From positions 96,001-160,000 of the forward strand of contig CAVPSB010000049.1 of NCBI GenBank assembly GCA_963708025.1: a stretch of 64,000 nt of DNA, read 5' to 3'. The notes beneath the pieces were generated by a model that was not told the DNA's origin, ran no database searches, and saw only the letters and a program-made list of their open reading frames with translations. The stretch comes from an uncultured Candidatus Rokubacteria bacterium (lineage in GTDB: Bacteria; Methylomirabilota; Methylomirabilia; Rokubacteriales; DASRDR01). Shown piece by piece: positions 30,016 through 39,783 of this stretch (positions within the stretch are counted from its first letter, which is position 1; every line of letters starts with the position of its first letter). The translations under genes and the position numbers were made by a program.

Positions 30016-30708
30016 ATGACGGGAATCGCCGCGGTGATCTTCGACATGGACGGGGTCCTCGTGGATTCCGAACCCCTCCACCTCCGGGCCACGCAGGCGG
30101 CCCTGGGGACCCGCGGGGCCTCCTACACCGAGCGCGACAACCAGAGCTTCTTCGGCGCGACCGACGCGGACCTGCTCCGACTCCTGCGCATCCTCTTCAA
30201 TCTGCCGGACACGACGGCGGCGCTCGTCGAGGCGAAGACTGCGCACTTCATCACGATGATCCGGACCGAAGGGCGCCTGCGGCCGGGCGTCCCGGTCGTT
30301 CCGCTCACGCTGCGCCAGGCGGGGCTCCCGCTGGCGCTCGCCACCGCCTCGCGCCGGCCCGTCATCCAGGCCGTCCTCGAGCGGGTCGGCCTGGACCGGG
30401 CGTTCGGGGCGGTGGTCTCCGGTGACGAGGTGGCCCGGGGCAAGCCGGCGCCGGACGGCTTCCTGATGGCGGCGCGCCGGCTCGAGGTCGAGCCCGAGCA
30501 GTGTCTGGTCGTGGAGGACTCCCGGAACGGCGTCCTGGCCGCCAAGGCGGCCGGCATGCTGGTCGCCGCGGTGCCCTGCCCGGCCACGAGTCACGAGGAC
30601 TTCTCAGCCGCCGACTTCGTCCTCCCGAGCCTGGAGGCGCTCCTCACGCTGCTCGGCCAGGGCACCGCGGTGGTCGACCCACGGGGAGTCCGAGATGGGA
30701 CTGGGTGA
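30016..30708 (+). CDS. HAD-family phosphatase (CbbY/beta-PGM-like)
   Basis: FDMDGVLVDSE, KPAPD and EDSRNG motifs. Confidence 0.92.
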   Translation: MTGIAAVIFDMDGVLVDSEPLHLRATQAALGTRGASYTERDNQSFFGATDADLLRLLRILFNLPDTTAALVEAKTAHFITMIRTEGRLRPGVPVVPLTLRQAGLPLALATASRRPVIQAVLERVGLDRAFGAVVSGDEVARGKPAPDGFLMAARRLEVEPEQCLVVEDSRNGVLAAKAAGMLVAAVPCPATSHEDFSAADFVLPSLEALLTLLGQGTAVVDPRGVRDGTG

Positions 30709-30883
30709 GCCGAGGATCAAGCGCGCGCTCAAGTGGATCCTCGACCGGCAGGTGGACGAGCCCACGGCGAAGCGTTCCGAGCTGATCGAGCGGGCCTCGC
30801 GGGAGTTCGATCTGACGCCCGTCGAGGTGGACTTCCTCTACCGGCAGCTCACCGACGTCGAGAAGAAGGGCGGAGGCGCATGA
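30695..30883 (+). CDS. Small hypothetical protein (62 aa)
   Basis: GC3-biased codons, overlaps the HAD stop, helical ALKWI...FDLTP..FL pattern. Confidence 0.65.
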   Translation: MGLGEPRIKRALKWILDRQVDEPTAKRSELIERASREFDLTPVEVDFLYRQLTDVEKKGGGA

Positions 30884-30963
30884 AGCTGATCCGGAGCCGG
30901 ACCATCGTGGAGGGGGCGCCCTGCTGTAACTTCCGCTACCGGATGGAGCCCGACCCCGCGTAG
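30880..30963 (+). pseudogene. 27-codon remnant resembling the C-terminus of the ATC-hydrolase (L-2-amino-thiazoline-4-carboxylate hydrolase) family
   Basis: MKLIRSRTIVEGAPCCNFRY matches the L-x-R-x-x-T-I-x-x-G-x-x-x-C-D/N-F-R-Y pattern; RBS GGAGG and ATGA overlap. Confidence 0.55.
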
Positions 30964-30975
30964 TCGGCTCCCCTC

Positions 30976-31176
30976 TCAGGCCGGCTTCCGGTAGCGCTCC
31001 TTGAATGCCTTCGGGGCGATGGCGATCCGCTTTCCCGACACGTCGTCCAGGATGTAGACCTCGTCGGTCAAGGAGCCGCTGGCAAAGACCTCGAAGACCT
31101 CGAGGGCCTCCTCGAGGGAGACTCCGGACCCCCGGGCCGCCATCAGGGCCTCAACCTCTCCGAGCGGCAGTCGCAT
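30976..31176 (-). CDS. Small hypothetical protein (66 aa)
   Basis: RBS GGAGG then ATG 31176; MRLPLGEVEAL...YILDDVSGKRIAIAP with natural composition. Confidence 0.7.
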   Translation of the reverse strand: MRLPLGEVEALMAARGSGVSLEEALEVFEVFASGSLTDEVYILDDVSGKRIAIAPKAFKERYRKPA

Positions 31177-31178
31177 GG

Positions 31179-32624
31179 TCAGATCCTCCCGGGCGCCGGC
31201 GGTGAAGCTCGCCGCCGCGGCAGGAGCGCCACCGCGAGCGAGGCCAGCGCCACCACGGCGAGCGTGGCCGCGACGTTCGGAGTGTAGAGATACGGCCGCA
31301 GCCGGGCGGCGGCGGCGTTCCGCACGAAGACGCTCGCCGGGGCCAGCTCGATCCGGAGCCCGCCCGGCGCCGCGGCCGGACCGGCCGGCCGCCACACCTC
31401 CCGGCCCTCCTCGACCACGACGACGCCGGGCCGGCTCGCGTAGTGAAAGGCCCCGGACGGCAGCGCCACGCCCTCCAGGCGTCCGGGGGCGGCCGGAAGG
31501 GCGAGGGTCACGCCCGGTCCTGCCGGCTCGTCGAGCGCCACGGTCGCGAGGAGCGTCACCGGTCGATCCCCGGCGGCGCCGACATCCAGTCGATGGAACG
31601 GGATGGGCCGGAGCGCCGGCCGGAGGGCGACCGGGCGGGCCGCCTGCGTCCGGCGGTCGTCGATCACGATCCGCATCGCGCCGCCGTCGCCCATGACGAT
31701 CTCGGACCCACCCCCCGTCCCCTGGGATCCTGCCGCATCCGCCGTGTAGATCAGTGTCTGCGCCACGCCCGCCTCGGTGGCGACCCGCCGGAGGGCCGCG
31801 ACGTCGAGCCGGACCAGACGCAGGGGGCGAGTCGCCTCGATCTCGAAGCGTCGCTCGGCGATCACATGCCCGCGTTCCTCGTCGTAGGTCAGCCGGGCGG
31901 TCCCGCTCACCGCGATCGTGGCGCCGGTGACCGCGCGGACCGCGACGACCAGCGCCGCCTCCGCCCGCCCGAGGTCCTCCCGCACCGCGTGCAGCGATAC
32001 GCCGGCCAGCGCGGCGGGCTCGAGCGCGCGGCTCACCGCGGCGACCTCGGTCGCGTCGGCGCTCGACGCCAGCTTCGCGTCGACGGCCGCCAGCCACTCG
32101 ATCAGCCGGGCCCGCCGCCCGTCCAGGTCGCGGAACTCCGGCGCGGTGAGCGTCAGGGCCAGCCGGCGCGCCGCCTCCTCCGCCGCGGTGACCTCTCCCG
32201 GCGCCCGCCCGCGCCACCGGGCGATCTGCCGGGCCGCCGCGATCGCGGCCCCGGCCCGCTGCTCCAGCTCCCGGTTGGTCGGCTCCAGCTCTTCGGCGCG
32301 GAGCGCGGCCAGCCGCACCCGCGCCGCCGCCTGGGGCGGCACCGGTCGCTCCGGTTCGGTGAGCGGGGCGAGCCGGCTCCGGAGCCAGGCCCACTCGTCC
32401 ACGTCATAGCTCGCCGCCGGCGGCTCCCGCAGCCAGCCGAGCCGCTCCGAGCATGCCCCCGCGGCCACGACGAGCCCGAGGACGAGCCATGCCGCCCCGC
32501 GCGTGCGACGCCGCCACGCGAGGATCGCGACGAGGGTCGCGACCCAGAATCCGCCGAGGGCCAGGTTGAGCGCGCTGGCGGCGAAGACCACGAAGAGGAT
32601 CGCCGCGAGGAGCCCGGCCCTCAG
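31179..32624 (-). CDS. Hypothetical membrane protein; 5' end disturbed by repeat insertion
   Basis: N- and C-terminal hydrophobic helices around a long soluble region. Confidence 0.7.
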   Translation of the reverse strand: MRAGLLAAILFVVFAASALNLALGGFWVATLVAILAWRRRTRGAAWLVLGLVVAAGACSERLGWLREPPAASYDVDEWAWLRSRLAPLTEPERPVPPQAAARVRLAALRAEELEPTNRELEQRAGAAIAAARQIARWRGRAPGEVTAAEEAARRLALTLTAPEFRDLDGRRARLIEWLAAVDAKLASSADATEVAAVSRALEPAALAGVSLHAVREDLGRAEAALVVAVRAVTGATIAVSGTARLTYDEERGHVIAERRFEIEATRPLRLVRLDVAALRRVATEAGVAQTLIYTADAAGSQGTGGGSEIVMGDGGAMRIVIDDRRTQAARPVALRPALRPIPFHRLDVGAAGDRPVTLLATVALDEPAGPGVTLALPAAPGRLEGVALPSGAFHYASRPGVVVVEEGREVWRPAGPAAAPGGLRIELAPASVFVRNAAAARLRPYLYTPNVAATLAVVALASLAVALLPRRRASPPAPGRI

Positions 32625-32905
32625 TTCGGGACCTCCCGCCCACCCCCCCAACCCCCCTCCCCCACCCACTGGGGGGAGGGGGGAGTCGGACGACCCATTC
32701 CTTCACACGCTCTCAGTTCGGGACCTCCCGCCCACCCGATCCTTCGGACGGCCTTCGGCCTTTGGCGACGGCCTTCGGCCCCCCTCCCCTACCGACGCTT
32801 TCTTCACGCTCTCGGTTCGGGACCTCCCGCCTACCCCCCCAACCCCCCTCCCCCACCCACTGGGGGGGAGGGGGGAGCCGGAGAACCCCATTCCTTCACA
32901 CGCTC
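32621..32905 (-). repeat. Repeat family A, three tandem units (middle unit carries nested 18-bp modules)
   Basis: Units at about 32621-32712, 32713-32811 and 32812-32905. Confidence 0.9.
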
Positions 32906-33469
32906 TCACCGCCGGAGCCGCGCGATGGTCGCCCCCCAGCCGCCACGCTCGGCGGGCGCGTCCCCGAACGCGACGACCAGGGAGGAGGCCGCCAGCAGGC
33001 GGCGCACTGCCTCCCGCTGCACCCCGCGCCCCCGGCCGTGGATCAGGCGAACCTCGTGGAGCCCGGCCGCGTGAGCCCGCGCCAGGTACTCGCCGATGAC
33101 GTCGGTGATCTCCGACGGCGTGAACGGATGGAGATCGAGGGCGTCCTCGAGCGGAACCGGCACCGCCTCGATGGTCACCGGGGTACCCGGCCGGATGGCG
33201 CCCCCCTCGACGACACGCGCCGCGCGCGGGGCGCCCACCTCGTCGGAGTCGACGATGCCACCGGCGGCGACCGGCAGCTCGGCTCCCACCAGCTCCACCA
33301 CCGCCTCGCCGACCCGGAGTCGCGTCCCGGCCACCAGCTCCGCCAGCGGGAGGCCGGTGACGACGAGGGTCTCGCCGAGCTCCCCGGGCGGAAGATCGAG
33401 GCGCTCGCGGATCTCGCCGCCGCCGCGCCACACCGCCGTCACGCGGCCAACAGGCAGGCCCTCTCCCAC
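32906..33469 (-). CDS. Smr-domain protein with N-terminal MOSC-like segment
   Basis: LDLH, IHGRGRG and GGWGAT Smr motifs; upstream PGELGETLVVTGL...GTRLRVGEAVVEL...ARVVEGGAIRPG. Confidence 0.78.
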   Translation of the reverse strand: MGEGLPVGRVTAVWRGGGEIRERLDLPPGELGETLVVTGLPLAELVAGTRLRVGEAVVELVGAELPVAAGGIVDSDEVGAPRAARVVEGGAIRPGTPVTIEAVPVPLEDALDLHPFTPSEITDVIGEYLARAHAAGLHEVRLIHGRGRGVQREAVRRLLAASSLVVAFGDAPAERGGWGATIARLRR

Positions 33470-33523
33470 CGACCTACCCTGCCGTCCCCACGCCGTGCAG
33501 TCTCCTTCGCCCGCTACTATACA

Positions 33524-35392
33524 ATGGCGCTCGTGGCGACCGTCCCGGTCACCTTCCTCCCGGACGACCGGACCGTGCCGGCCGAGCCGGGAACGCCGCT
33601 GCTCCGTGCCGCCCACGCTCACCACGTCGACATCACCGCCACCTGCGGCGGGCGCGGTCGGTGCACGTCCTGCCGGGTCAAGTTCGTCGCGGGCACCGTG
33701 CCGCCGCCCACCATCAGCGACGAGCTGCAGCTCGGCGCCGACCTCGTCCGCGAGGGATACCGCCTCGCCTGCCAGGCGCTCGCGACCGAGCCCGTCACCG
33801 TGCAGGTCGCGCCGGCACTGGAGGAGCGCGCGTTCCAGATCCTGGACACCGCCCGCGACCCGGGCGCCCTGACCCGGGTCACCCTGGACTCCGGCGTCCG
33901 CAAGCGCCACCTCCGCGTCGAGCTGCCTCGCGAAGAGCGCCACCAGACCTCGGATCTCGAGCAGCTCTGCCGGATCGCGGGGATGGCCCCCGAGACGATG
34001 CCCCTGGAGGTGGTCCGCACGCTGCCCGCGACCCTGCGCGAGGCCAAGGGCGAGGTGACGGTGGTCAGCTTCCTCGATGCGCCCCTCGGCGTCGAGCGGG
34101 GAGACACGACGGCGATGGCGTTCGGGCTAGCGGTGGATGTCGGCACGACGAGCGTCGTCACCGCCCTGCTCGAGCTGGCCTCCGGCGAGGTCATGGCCTC
34201 CGTCTCGAGCCTCAACCCCCAGGCGGTGTTCGGCGGCGACCTGATGAGCCGGATCGCCTTCGCCCAGTGGAACCCGGCCAACCTCCGGAAGCTCCAGTCC
34301 CGGATCCTCGGCCTCCTCAACCAGCAGATCGACGAGGTCCTCGATCGCGCCGGCGTCCTCCCCCAGTGGGTCTACAAGGTCACCGTGGTGGGCAACACGT
34401 GCATGCACCACGTGCTCCTCGGGATCGACCCGACCCACGTCGGCCTCGCGCCCTATGCCCCGGTGCTCCGGCATCCGGTGATCCTCCCCGCCCGCACGCT
34501 CCACCTCAAGGTGAACCCGGAGGCGCGCGTGTGCTTCCTCCCGATCGTCGCGGGCTTCGTGGGCGCCGACGCCGTCGCCGTCGCCCTGGCCACGCGGATC
34601 TACGACAGCCCGGTCGCCCGGGCCGCCGTGGACATCGGGACCAACGGCGAGGTGATCATGGGCACGCGCGACCGGCTCTTCGCCTGCTCGGCGCCGGCCG
34701 GCCCGGCGCTGGAAGGCGCGCAGATCCGCCACGGCATGCGGGGCGCGCTGGGAGCCATCGACCGCGTGTGGCTCGAGGACGGCACCCTCCGCTGGCACGT
34801 CATCGGTGAGGCGGCGCCGCAGGGCATCGCGGGATCCGGGCTCATCGACGCGGTCGCGACGGCCCTCGACGCCGGCCTGATCGACTGGACCGGGCTGATC
34901 CGCGTGGAGGCTCGGGAGGCGCTGCCGCCGGGCCTGCGGGCGGCGGTCGAGCTGCGCGGCGAGGAGCGGGTCCTGATCCTGGTACCCCGGGGCCAGGCGG
35001 CAGGGGAGGGCGAGATCGTCCTCTCCCAGGAGGACATCCGCCAGGTCCAGCTCGCCAAGGGCGCCATCGCCGGGGGCATCCGGATGCTCCAGCACGTCCT
35101 CGGGCTCGGCGAGGGAGAGCTGGCCGAGCTAATGCTGGCCGGCGGCTTCGGCAACTACCTGTCGGCGCGCAGCGCGGTCCGGATCGGGCTCATCCCGCCG
35201 CTGCCGCTCGAGCGCATCCGCTACGTGGGCAACGCCGCCGCGCTCGGGGCCCAGCTCGCTCTGCTCTCGGAGCCGGAGCGGGCGCGGGCCGAGGGCCTGG
35301 CCCGGCGGATCGAGCACGTCTCCCTCGCCGCCCACCCGGACTTCCAGGACATCTTCGTGGATTCGATGAACTTCCCGGCCGGCTCCGGATGA
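33524..35392 (+). CDS. ASKHA-type ATPase with N-terminal 2Fe-2S domain (RACo/DUF4445 corrinoid reactivase family)
   Basis: CGGRGRCTSC...RLACQ, DVGTT, DIGTNGE, APAGPALEG and LAGGFG. Confidence 0.92.
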   Translation: MALVATVPVTFLPDDRTVPAEPGTPLLRAAHAHHVDITATCGGRGRCTSCRVKFVAGTVPPPTISDELQLGADLVREGYRLACQALATEPVTVQVAPALEERAFQILDTARDPGALTRVTLDSGVRKRHLRVELPREERHQTSDLEQLCRIAGMAPETMPLEVVRTLPATLREAKGEVTVVSFLDAPLGVERGDTTAMAFGLAVDVGTTSVVTALLELASGEVMASVSSLNPQAVFGGDLMSRIAFAQWNPANLRKLQSRILGLLNQQIDEVLDRAGVLPQWVYKVTVVGNTCMHHVLLGIDPTHVGLAPYAPVLRHPVILPARTLHLKVNPEARVCFLPIVAGFVGADAVAVALATRIYDSPVARAAVDIGTNGEVIMGTRDRLFACSAPAGPALEGAQIRHGMRGALGAIDRVWLEDGTLRWHVIGEAAPQGIAGSGLIDAVATALDAGLIDWTGLIRVEAREALPPGLRAAVELRGEERVLILVPRGQAAGEGEIVLSQEDIRQVQLAKGAIAGGIRMLQHVLGLGEGELAELMLAGGFGNYLSARSAVRIGLIPPLPLERIRYVGNAAALGAQLALLSEPERARAEGLARRIEHVSLAAHPDFQDIFVDSMNFPAGSG

Positions 35393-35469
35393 TAGCCCAC
35401 CGGCGGCCTCGACAGAAGCGTGTCGGGTATCGGTAGGCCGTCGCTTGCCGTGCTCGGCCTCGAGCCGCG

Positions 35470-35541
35470 TCCGAGCGCCGGCTTCGCCGGCGCAACCGAG
35501 GGGGGGAATCGGGGGGGTCTTCCGAGACACCCCCGAAGGAT
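35470..35541 (-). repeat. Repeat family B, abutting the lysA stop codon
   Basis: Reverse-complement match to 2375-2450. Confidence 0.8.
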
Positions 35542-36780
35542 CTAGACCTCGTTGGCCCAGACCTGCTCCAGGGACTGGCGCCGGCGAAGCAGCCGGAGGG
35601 TCCCGTCCGGCTCCAGCATGACCTCGGGCGCCTGGGGGTACGAGTTGTAGTTGACCGTGGACATCGCCGCGCAGTAGGCGCCGGCCCCGCCCACGACCAC
35701 GAGGTCGCCGATCTCCGGGCGCGGGACCCGGCGCGGGGCCAGGGCTTCGGGGTCGCCGGGGGCCGGGGTCAGGATGTCGCCCGACTCGCAGCACGGGCCG
35801 ACGAAGACGACGTCGGCCTTCCCGCGGCCCTCGGCCAGGACGTGGATCGGGTGCTGGGCGCCGTAGAGGGACGGGCGCGTCACCTCGGGCATCCCGGTGT
35901 CGAGCTTGGCGAAGGAATAGCCGTCGCGCCCGGTGTCGACCACGTTGACGCACGTCGCGACCACGAAGCCGGCGGTGGCGACCAGATAGGTCCCGGGCTC
36001 GATCTCCAGCCGGAGGGCCCGCCCGTCGCGGTCGCGGAACGCGAGCAACTCCTGCCGCACGTGCTCGCCCACGTCGGCCAGATCCACGGTCGGCTCCCCC
36101 GGCATCCGGCCGACCTTGAAGCCGCCACCCAGGTTCACCACCGCCACTTCGGGAAGCTTGGCGGCGAGGTCGAGCGTCATGCGCGTCACGCGCTTCCACA
36201 CCTCGGGGTCCGTTCCCGACCCGATGTGACTGTGGAGCCCCGTGATCCGCACGCCGGACCGTTCGGCGATCGTCTTCACGTCACCCAGATACTCGTGCCA
36301 GACGCCGAAGCTCGAGGCGGGACCGCCGGTGTTGGTGCGGTTGGTGGACCCGCTGCCGAGGCCGGGGTTCATCCGGACCGAGACCTCCTGGCCGGGGGCG
36401 AGGCGGCCGAACTCCTCGAGCTGGTGGAGCGAGCAGGCGTTGAATCGCACGCCGCGGGCGAGGTGCTCGGTCAGCCGGCGCGAGGGCATCTGGGAAGTGA
36501 GCTGGATCGTCTGGGGCGGGAACCCCGCCCGGAGGGCACGCTCGACCTCGGGGTCGCTGGAGGCGTCGATGTGGAGGCCGAGATCGCGGAACACGGCCAG
36601 CACGCCGTGGCTCGGGTTGGCTTTCATCGCGTAGCGCAGCGTGAGCCCGAAGGGCGCCGGGAAGGCCAGGGCGCGGCGGGCGGCCGCCTCGAGGCCGGTG
36701 CGATCGTAGACGTAGCACGGCGTGCCGAAGCGGTCGCGCACCTCGGTGGCCTGCTCGCGGGTCAGCGCGGTCGGGCTCAT
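35542..36780 (-). CDS. lysA: Diaminopimelate decarboxylase
   Basis: YAMKAN, HSHIGS, NLGGG, EPGTY, CCESGD and GAY. Confidence 0.9.
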   Translation of the reverse strand: MSPTALTREQATEVRDRFGTPCYVYDRTGLEAAARRALAFPAPFGLTLRYAMKANPSHGVLAVFRDLGLHIDASSDPEVERALRAGFPPQTIQLTSQMPSRRLTEHLARGVRFNACSLHQLEEFGRLAPGQEVSVRMNPGLGSGSTNRTNTGGPASSFGVWHEYLGDVKTIAERSGVRITGLHSHIGSGTDPEVWKRVTRMTLDLAAKLPEVAVVNLGGGFKVGRMPGEPTVDLADVGEHVRQELLAFRDRDGRALRLEIEPGTYLVATAGFVVATCVNVVDTGRDGYSFAKLDTGMPEVTRPSLYGAQHPIHVLAEGRGKADVVFVGPCCESGDILTPAPGDPEALAPRRVPRPEIGDLVVVGGAGAYCAAMSTVNYNSYPQAPEVMLEPDGTLRLLRRRQSLEQVWANEV

Positions 36781-36817
36781 CGTCCCTCCTGGTGAAACGG
36801 CCGGCGGCGCCACGTCG

Positions 36818-37885
36818 TCATCGCGCGACGTTGAAGCGAAAGTGGCACATCTCCCCGTCCTTGACGGGATACTCCTTGCCTTCCAAGCGCAGCGTCGCCC
36901 GCTTGCGGGCCTCCGCCAGCGACCCGGCCTCGAGCAGCTCCTGCCAGCCGATGACCTCCGCCCGGATGAAGCCGCGGGCGATGTCGGAGTGGACGGCGCC
37001 GGCGGCCTCGAGCGCCGTCGCGCCAGCCGGGATCGTCCAGGCCCGGACCTCGTCCTCCCCGACGGTGAAGAAGCTTGCGAGCCCGAGGAGCGCGTAGGCG
37101 TCGCGGATCACGCGGTGGAGCGCCGGCTCCGGGAGCCCGAGCGCGTCGAGGAACGCCGTCTGCTCGTCGGGCGGCAGCGCCGCCACCTCGGCCTCGACCA
37201 CCGCCGAGACCCAGCCGATCATCGTCCCCGGCCGTGTCGCCACCTTGGCGAGCGTCGCCAGCCACTCGTCGCGCCGCGGCACGTCGGCCTCGGCCAGGTT
37301 CAGGCAGTGGAGGACCGGCTTCAGCGAGAGGAGCTGGAAGCCGCGAACGAGCAGGAGGTCGTCGGCCGACAGCGACTGGGCGCGCAGGGACACGCCCTCC
37401 TCCAGCGGGCCCTTGAGCCGGGCCAGCACCGCCTCCTGGCGCTGCTCGACGTCCGTCGGCTTCCGCTTGAGCCCCTTGCCCAGCTTCTCGAGGCGGCGTT
37501 CGACGACCTCGAGGTCGGCGAGGATCAGCTCCTCCTCGAGCGCCGTGACGTCCCGGGCCGGGTCCGGAGGCTCGGCCAGCGCCGGCGACGGGAAGGCGCG
37601 CACGACGTGGAGCAGGGCGTCGGCATTGCGGAGGTCGCCCACGTCCAGACCGGACCGCTGGCCACGGTCGAAGCCCGCCAGGTTGACGACGTCCACGGCG
37701 GCGAACACCACCCGCTCCGGCTTGAAGAGCGCCGCCAGCCGCGTCACCCGGTCGTCTGGCACCCGGGCCACGCCGACGTGGAGCTCGCCGCGGGAGACCC
37801 GCCGCACGGCGGCGTCGGCGCCGGTCAGCAGGTTGAACAGGGTGGTCTTGCCGGTCTGAGGAAACCCGATGATGCCCAGTTTCAT
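36818..37885 (-). CDS. ychF: Ribosome-binding ATPase YchF
   Basis: GFPQTGKTTLFN, FFTVGEDEVRAW, HSDIARGFIRAE and EGKEYPVKDG. Confidence 0.93.
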   Translation of the reverse strand: MKLGIIGFPQTGKTTLFNLLTGADAAVRRVSRGELHVGVARVPDDRVTRLAALFKPERVVFAAVDVVNLAGFDRGQRSGLDVGDLRNADALLHVVRAFPSPALAEPPDPARDVTALEEELILADLEVVERRLEKLGKGLKRKPTDVEQRQEAVLARLKGPLEEGVSLRAQSLSADDLLLVRGFQLLSLKPVLHCLNLAEADVPRRDEWLATLAKVATRPGTMIGWVSAVVEAEVAALPPDEQTAFLDALGLPEPALHRVIRDAYALLGLASFFTVGEDEVRAWTIPAGATALEAAGAVHSDIARGFIRAEVIGWQELLEAGSLAEARKRATLRLEGKEYPVKDGEMCHFRFNVAR

Positions 37886-37968
37886 GGCGTCCTGCAGCGT
37901 ACGCGAGGCCAACCGGGTTGTCCAGCGCGGGACCCCGCCGCCGGACCCGATCCGGGTCGCGCGGATCG

Positions 37969-39156
37969 TCAGGACGTGACGGTGAGCAGTCCGCGGGTGT
38001 GCCGGGCGATCATCAGCTCCTCGTTGGTGGGAACGACGAGCACGTGAACGGCGCTGTCCTCTGTGTGCAGCACGGTCTGGCTGGCCGCGTTGGCATCCGG
38101 ATCGATCCGGATCCCGAGCCAGCCCGCCAGCTCGGCGACGCGCGCCCGCACCGGCGCCGCGTGCTCGCCGATCCCGCCCGTGAACACGACGGCGTCGAGT
38201 CCGCCGAGCGCGGCGGTCAGCGACCCCAGCTCCCGCGCCACGCGGTAGCAGAAGTACTCGACGGCCTCGACGGCGCCGGCCTCGCGACTGCTCAGCAGGT
38301 CGCGCATGTCGGCGCTGACGCCGGAGATCCCCAGCAGCCCCGAGCGGTGGTAGAGCAGCTCGGTCAGTCCTTCGACGGTCATCTTCCCGTGATCCAGGAG
38401 GTGCAGCAGGACGCCGGGGTCGATGGATCCGCACCGGGTGCCCATGGGCAAGCCCTCCAGCGCGGTGAAGCCCATGGTGGTCGCCACGCTGCGCCCGGCC
38501 CGCATCGCGCACAGGCTGGCGCCGTTGCCCAGGTGGCAGACCACGGTCCGGCCGGAGGCCGCCCGCCCGTTGACGTCCGGCAGCCGCGTGGCGACGTACT
38601 CGTAGGAGAGGCCGTGGAAGCCGTAGCGCTTGATGCCCTGGTCGAAGCTGGAGCGCGGGAGGCCGTACAGCCGCTCGATGCGGGACTGCGTGGCATGGAA
38701 GGCCGTATCGAAGCAGACGACTTGGGGCAGGTCGGGGAATCGCCGGGCCAGGAAACGGATGGGGGCCAGGTTGTGCGGCTGGTGCAGCGGCGCCAGCGGG
38801 ACGAGCGCCTCCAGCCGTTCCAGCAGCTCGGCCGTGACCCGGGCGGGCGCGACGAGCGAGTCGCCGCCATGCACGACGCGGTGACCGATCGCCCGAGGCC
38901 GGAGCAGGGGCTGGGCCGTGTCCAGCCACTCGAAGAGCCATTCCAGGGCCTGTCCGTGATCCCGGGCCGGGATCGAGCCGTCGTAGAGGTCGGCCCCCTC
39001 CGCGTCCCGGATCCTGGCATGAGGCGCTGCGGCCTGCGAGGGGCCGAGGCGATCGATCAGGCCCTTGCAGGCCGCCTGCTCACCTCTCAGGATCGAGAAC
39101 TTGAGCGTGGCGGAGCCGGCGTTGACGACGGCGATCAGATCGCGCTCCGGAGGCAT
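37969..39156 (-). CDS. ackA: Acetate/propionate kinase
   Basis: [36 protein letters not shown] and TNEE. Confidence 0.96.
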   Translation of the reverse strand: MPPERDLIAVVNAGSATLKFSILRGEQAACKGLIDRLGPSQAAAPHARIRDAEGADLYDGSIPARDHGQALEWLFEWLDTAQPLLRPRAIGHRVVHGGDSLVAPARVTAELLERLEALVPLAPLHQPHNLAPIRFLARRFPDLPQVVCFDTAFHATQSRIERLYGLPRSSFDQGIKRYGFHGLSYEYVATRLPDVNGRAASGRTVVCHLGNGASLCAMRAGRSVATTMGFTALEGLPMGTRCGSIDPGVLLHLLDHGKMTVEGLTELLYHRSGLLGISGVSADMRDLLSSREAGAVEAVEYFCYRVARELGSLTAALGGLDAVVFTGGIGEHAAPVRARVAELAGWLGIRIDPDANAASQTVLHTEDSAVHVLVVPTNEELMIARHTRGLLTVTS

Positions 39157-39511
39157 GACCGGTGCTCCAGAAGGGCCCCTTCTCCTTGTAGCCGCGGACG
39201 TGGATGTTGGCGTGGTTGGCGCGACGGTAGGTCAGCCGGTGGATCAGCGTGGGATAGCCGTGGAAGTTGAAGACGACCGGCTTGTCCCGCGTGAACAGGC
39301 TGTCGAAGTCGCGGTCGCTCAGGCCGTGCTGGTGCTCCCCGGCCGGCTGGAGCTTGAAGAGGTCCACCACGTTGACGAACCGGATCCTCAGGTCGGGGAA
39401 CTCCTGACGGAGCAGCGTGGTCGCCGCCAGGGCTTCCAGGGTCGGGATGACGGTGGCTGGGCTCGTCGGGTCAGCAGGGCGGGCCTTGGCGTCCGTGGCG
39501 GCGTGAGTCAT
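39080..39511 (-). pseudogene. xfp: Phosphoketolase remnant (about 90 aa of the C-terminal domain)
   Basis: PTLEALAA...FVNVVDL...[26 protein letters not shown]...HVRGYKEKG; lies directly upstream of ackA. Confidence 0.88.
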
Positions 39512-39783
39512 GGGCGTGCACCTCATCCCGAGCCGGCGCCGCCGCGGTCGCGGCGGAGCCGGCGCGTCGAATCGATTCGCGGGCGAGACCGGCATCGGGG
39601 CCGCTCGTCATCATGTCGTCATGTTCCAGCGAGTCGCTCGGCCCCGTCGTCTCTTCTCCAGATATACCGGGGTCCACACGTTGTCAAATGGGATCTCCCG
39701 GACACCGGGCCCGGCGGCGCGGTGGCCCGCGATCCGTGCCTCTGCTACAGTGAAGACGCCATGCCCGCGGACGTCCGCGCCCG

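Noticed and set aside
32621-32905. Tandem repeat units as a CRISPR array
   Set aside because: Units are about 92-99 bp with no unique spacers, copies are dispersed elsewhere, and there are no cas genes in the window.
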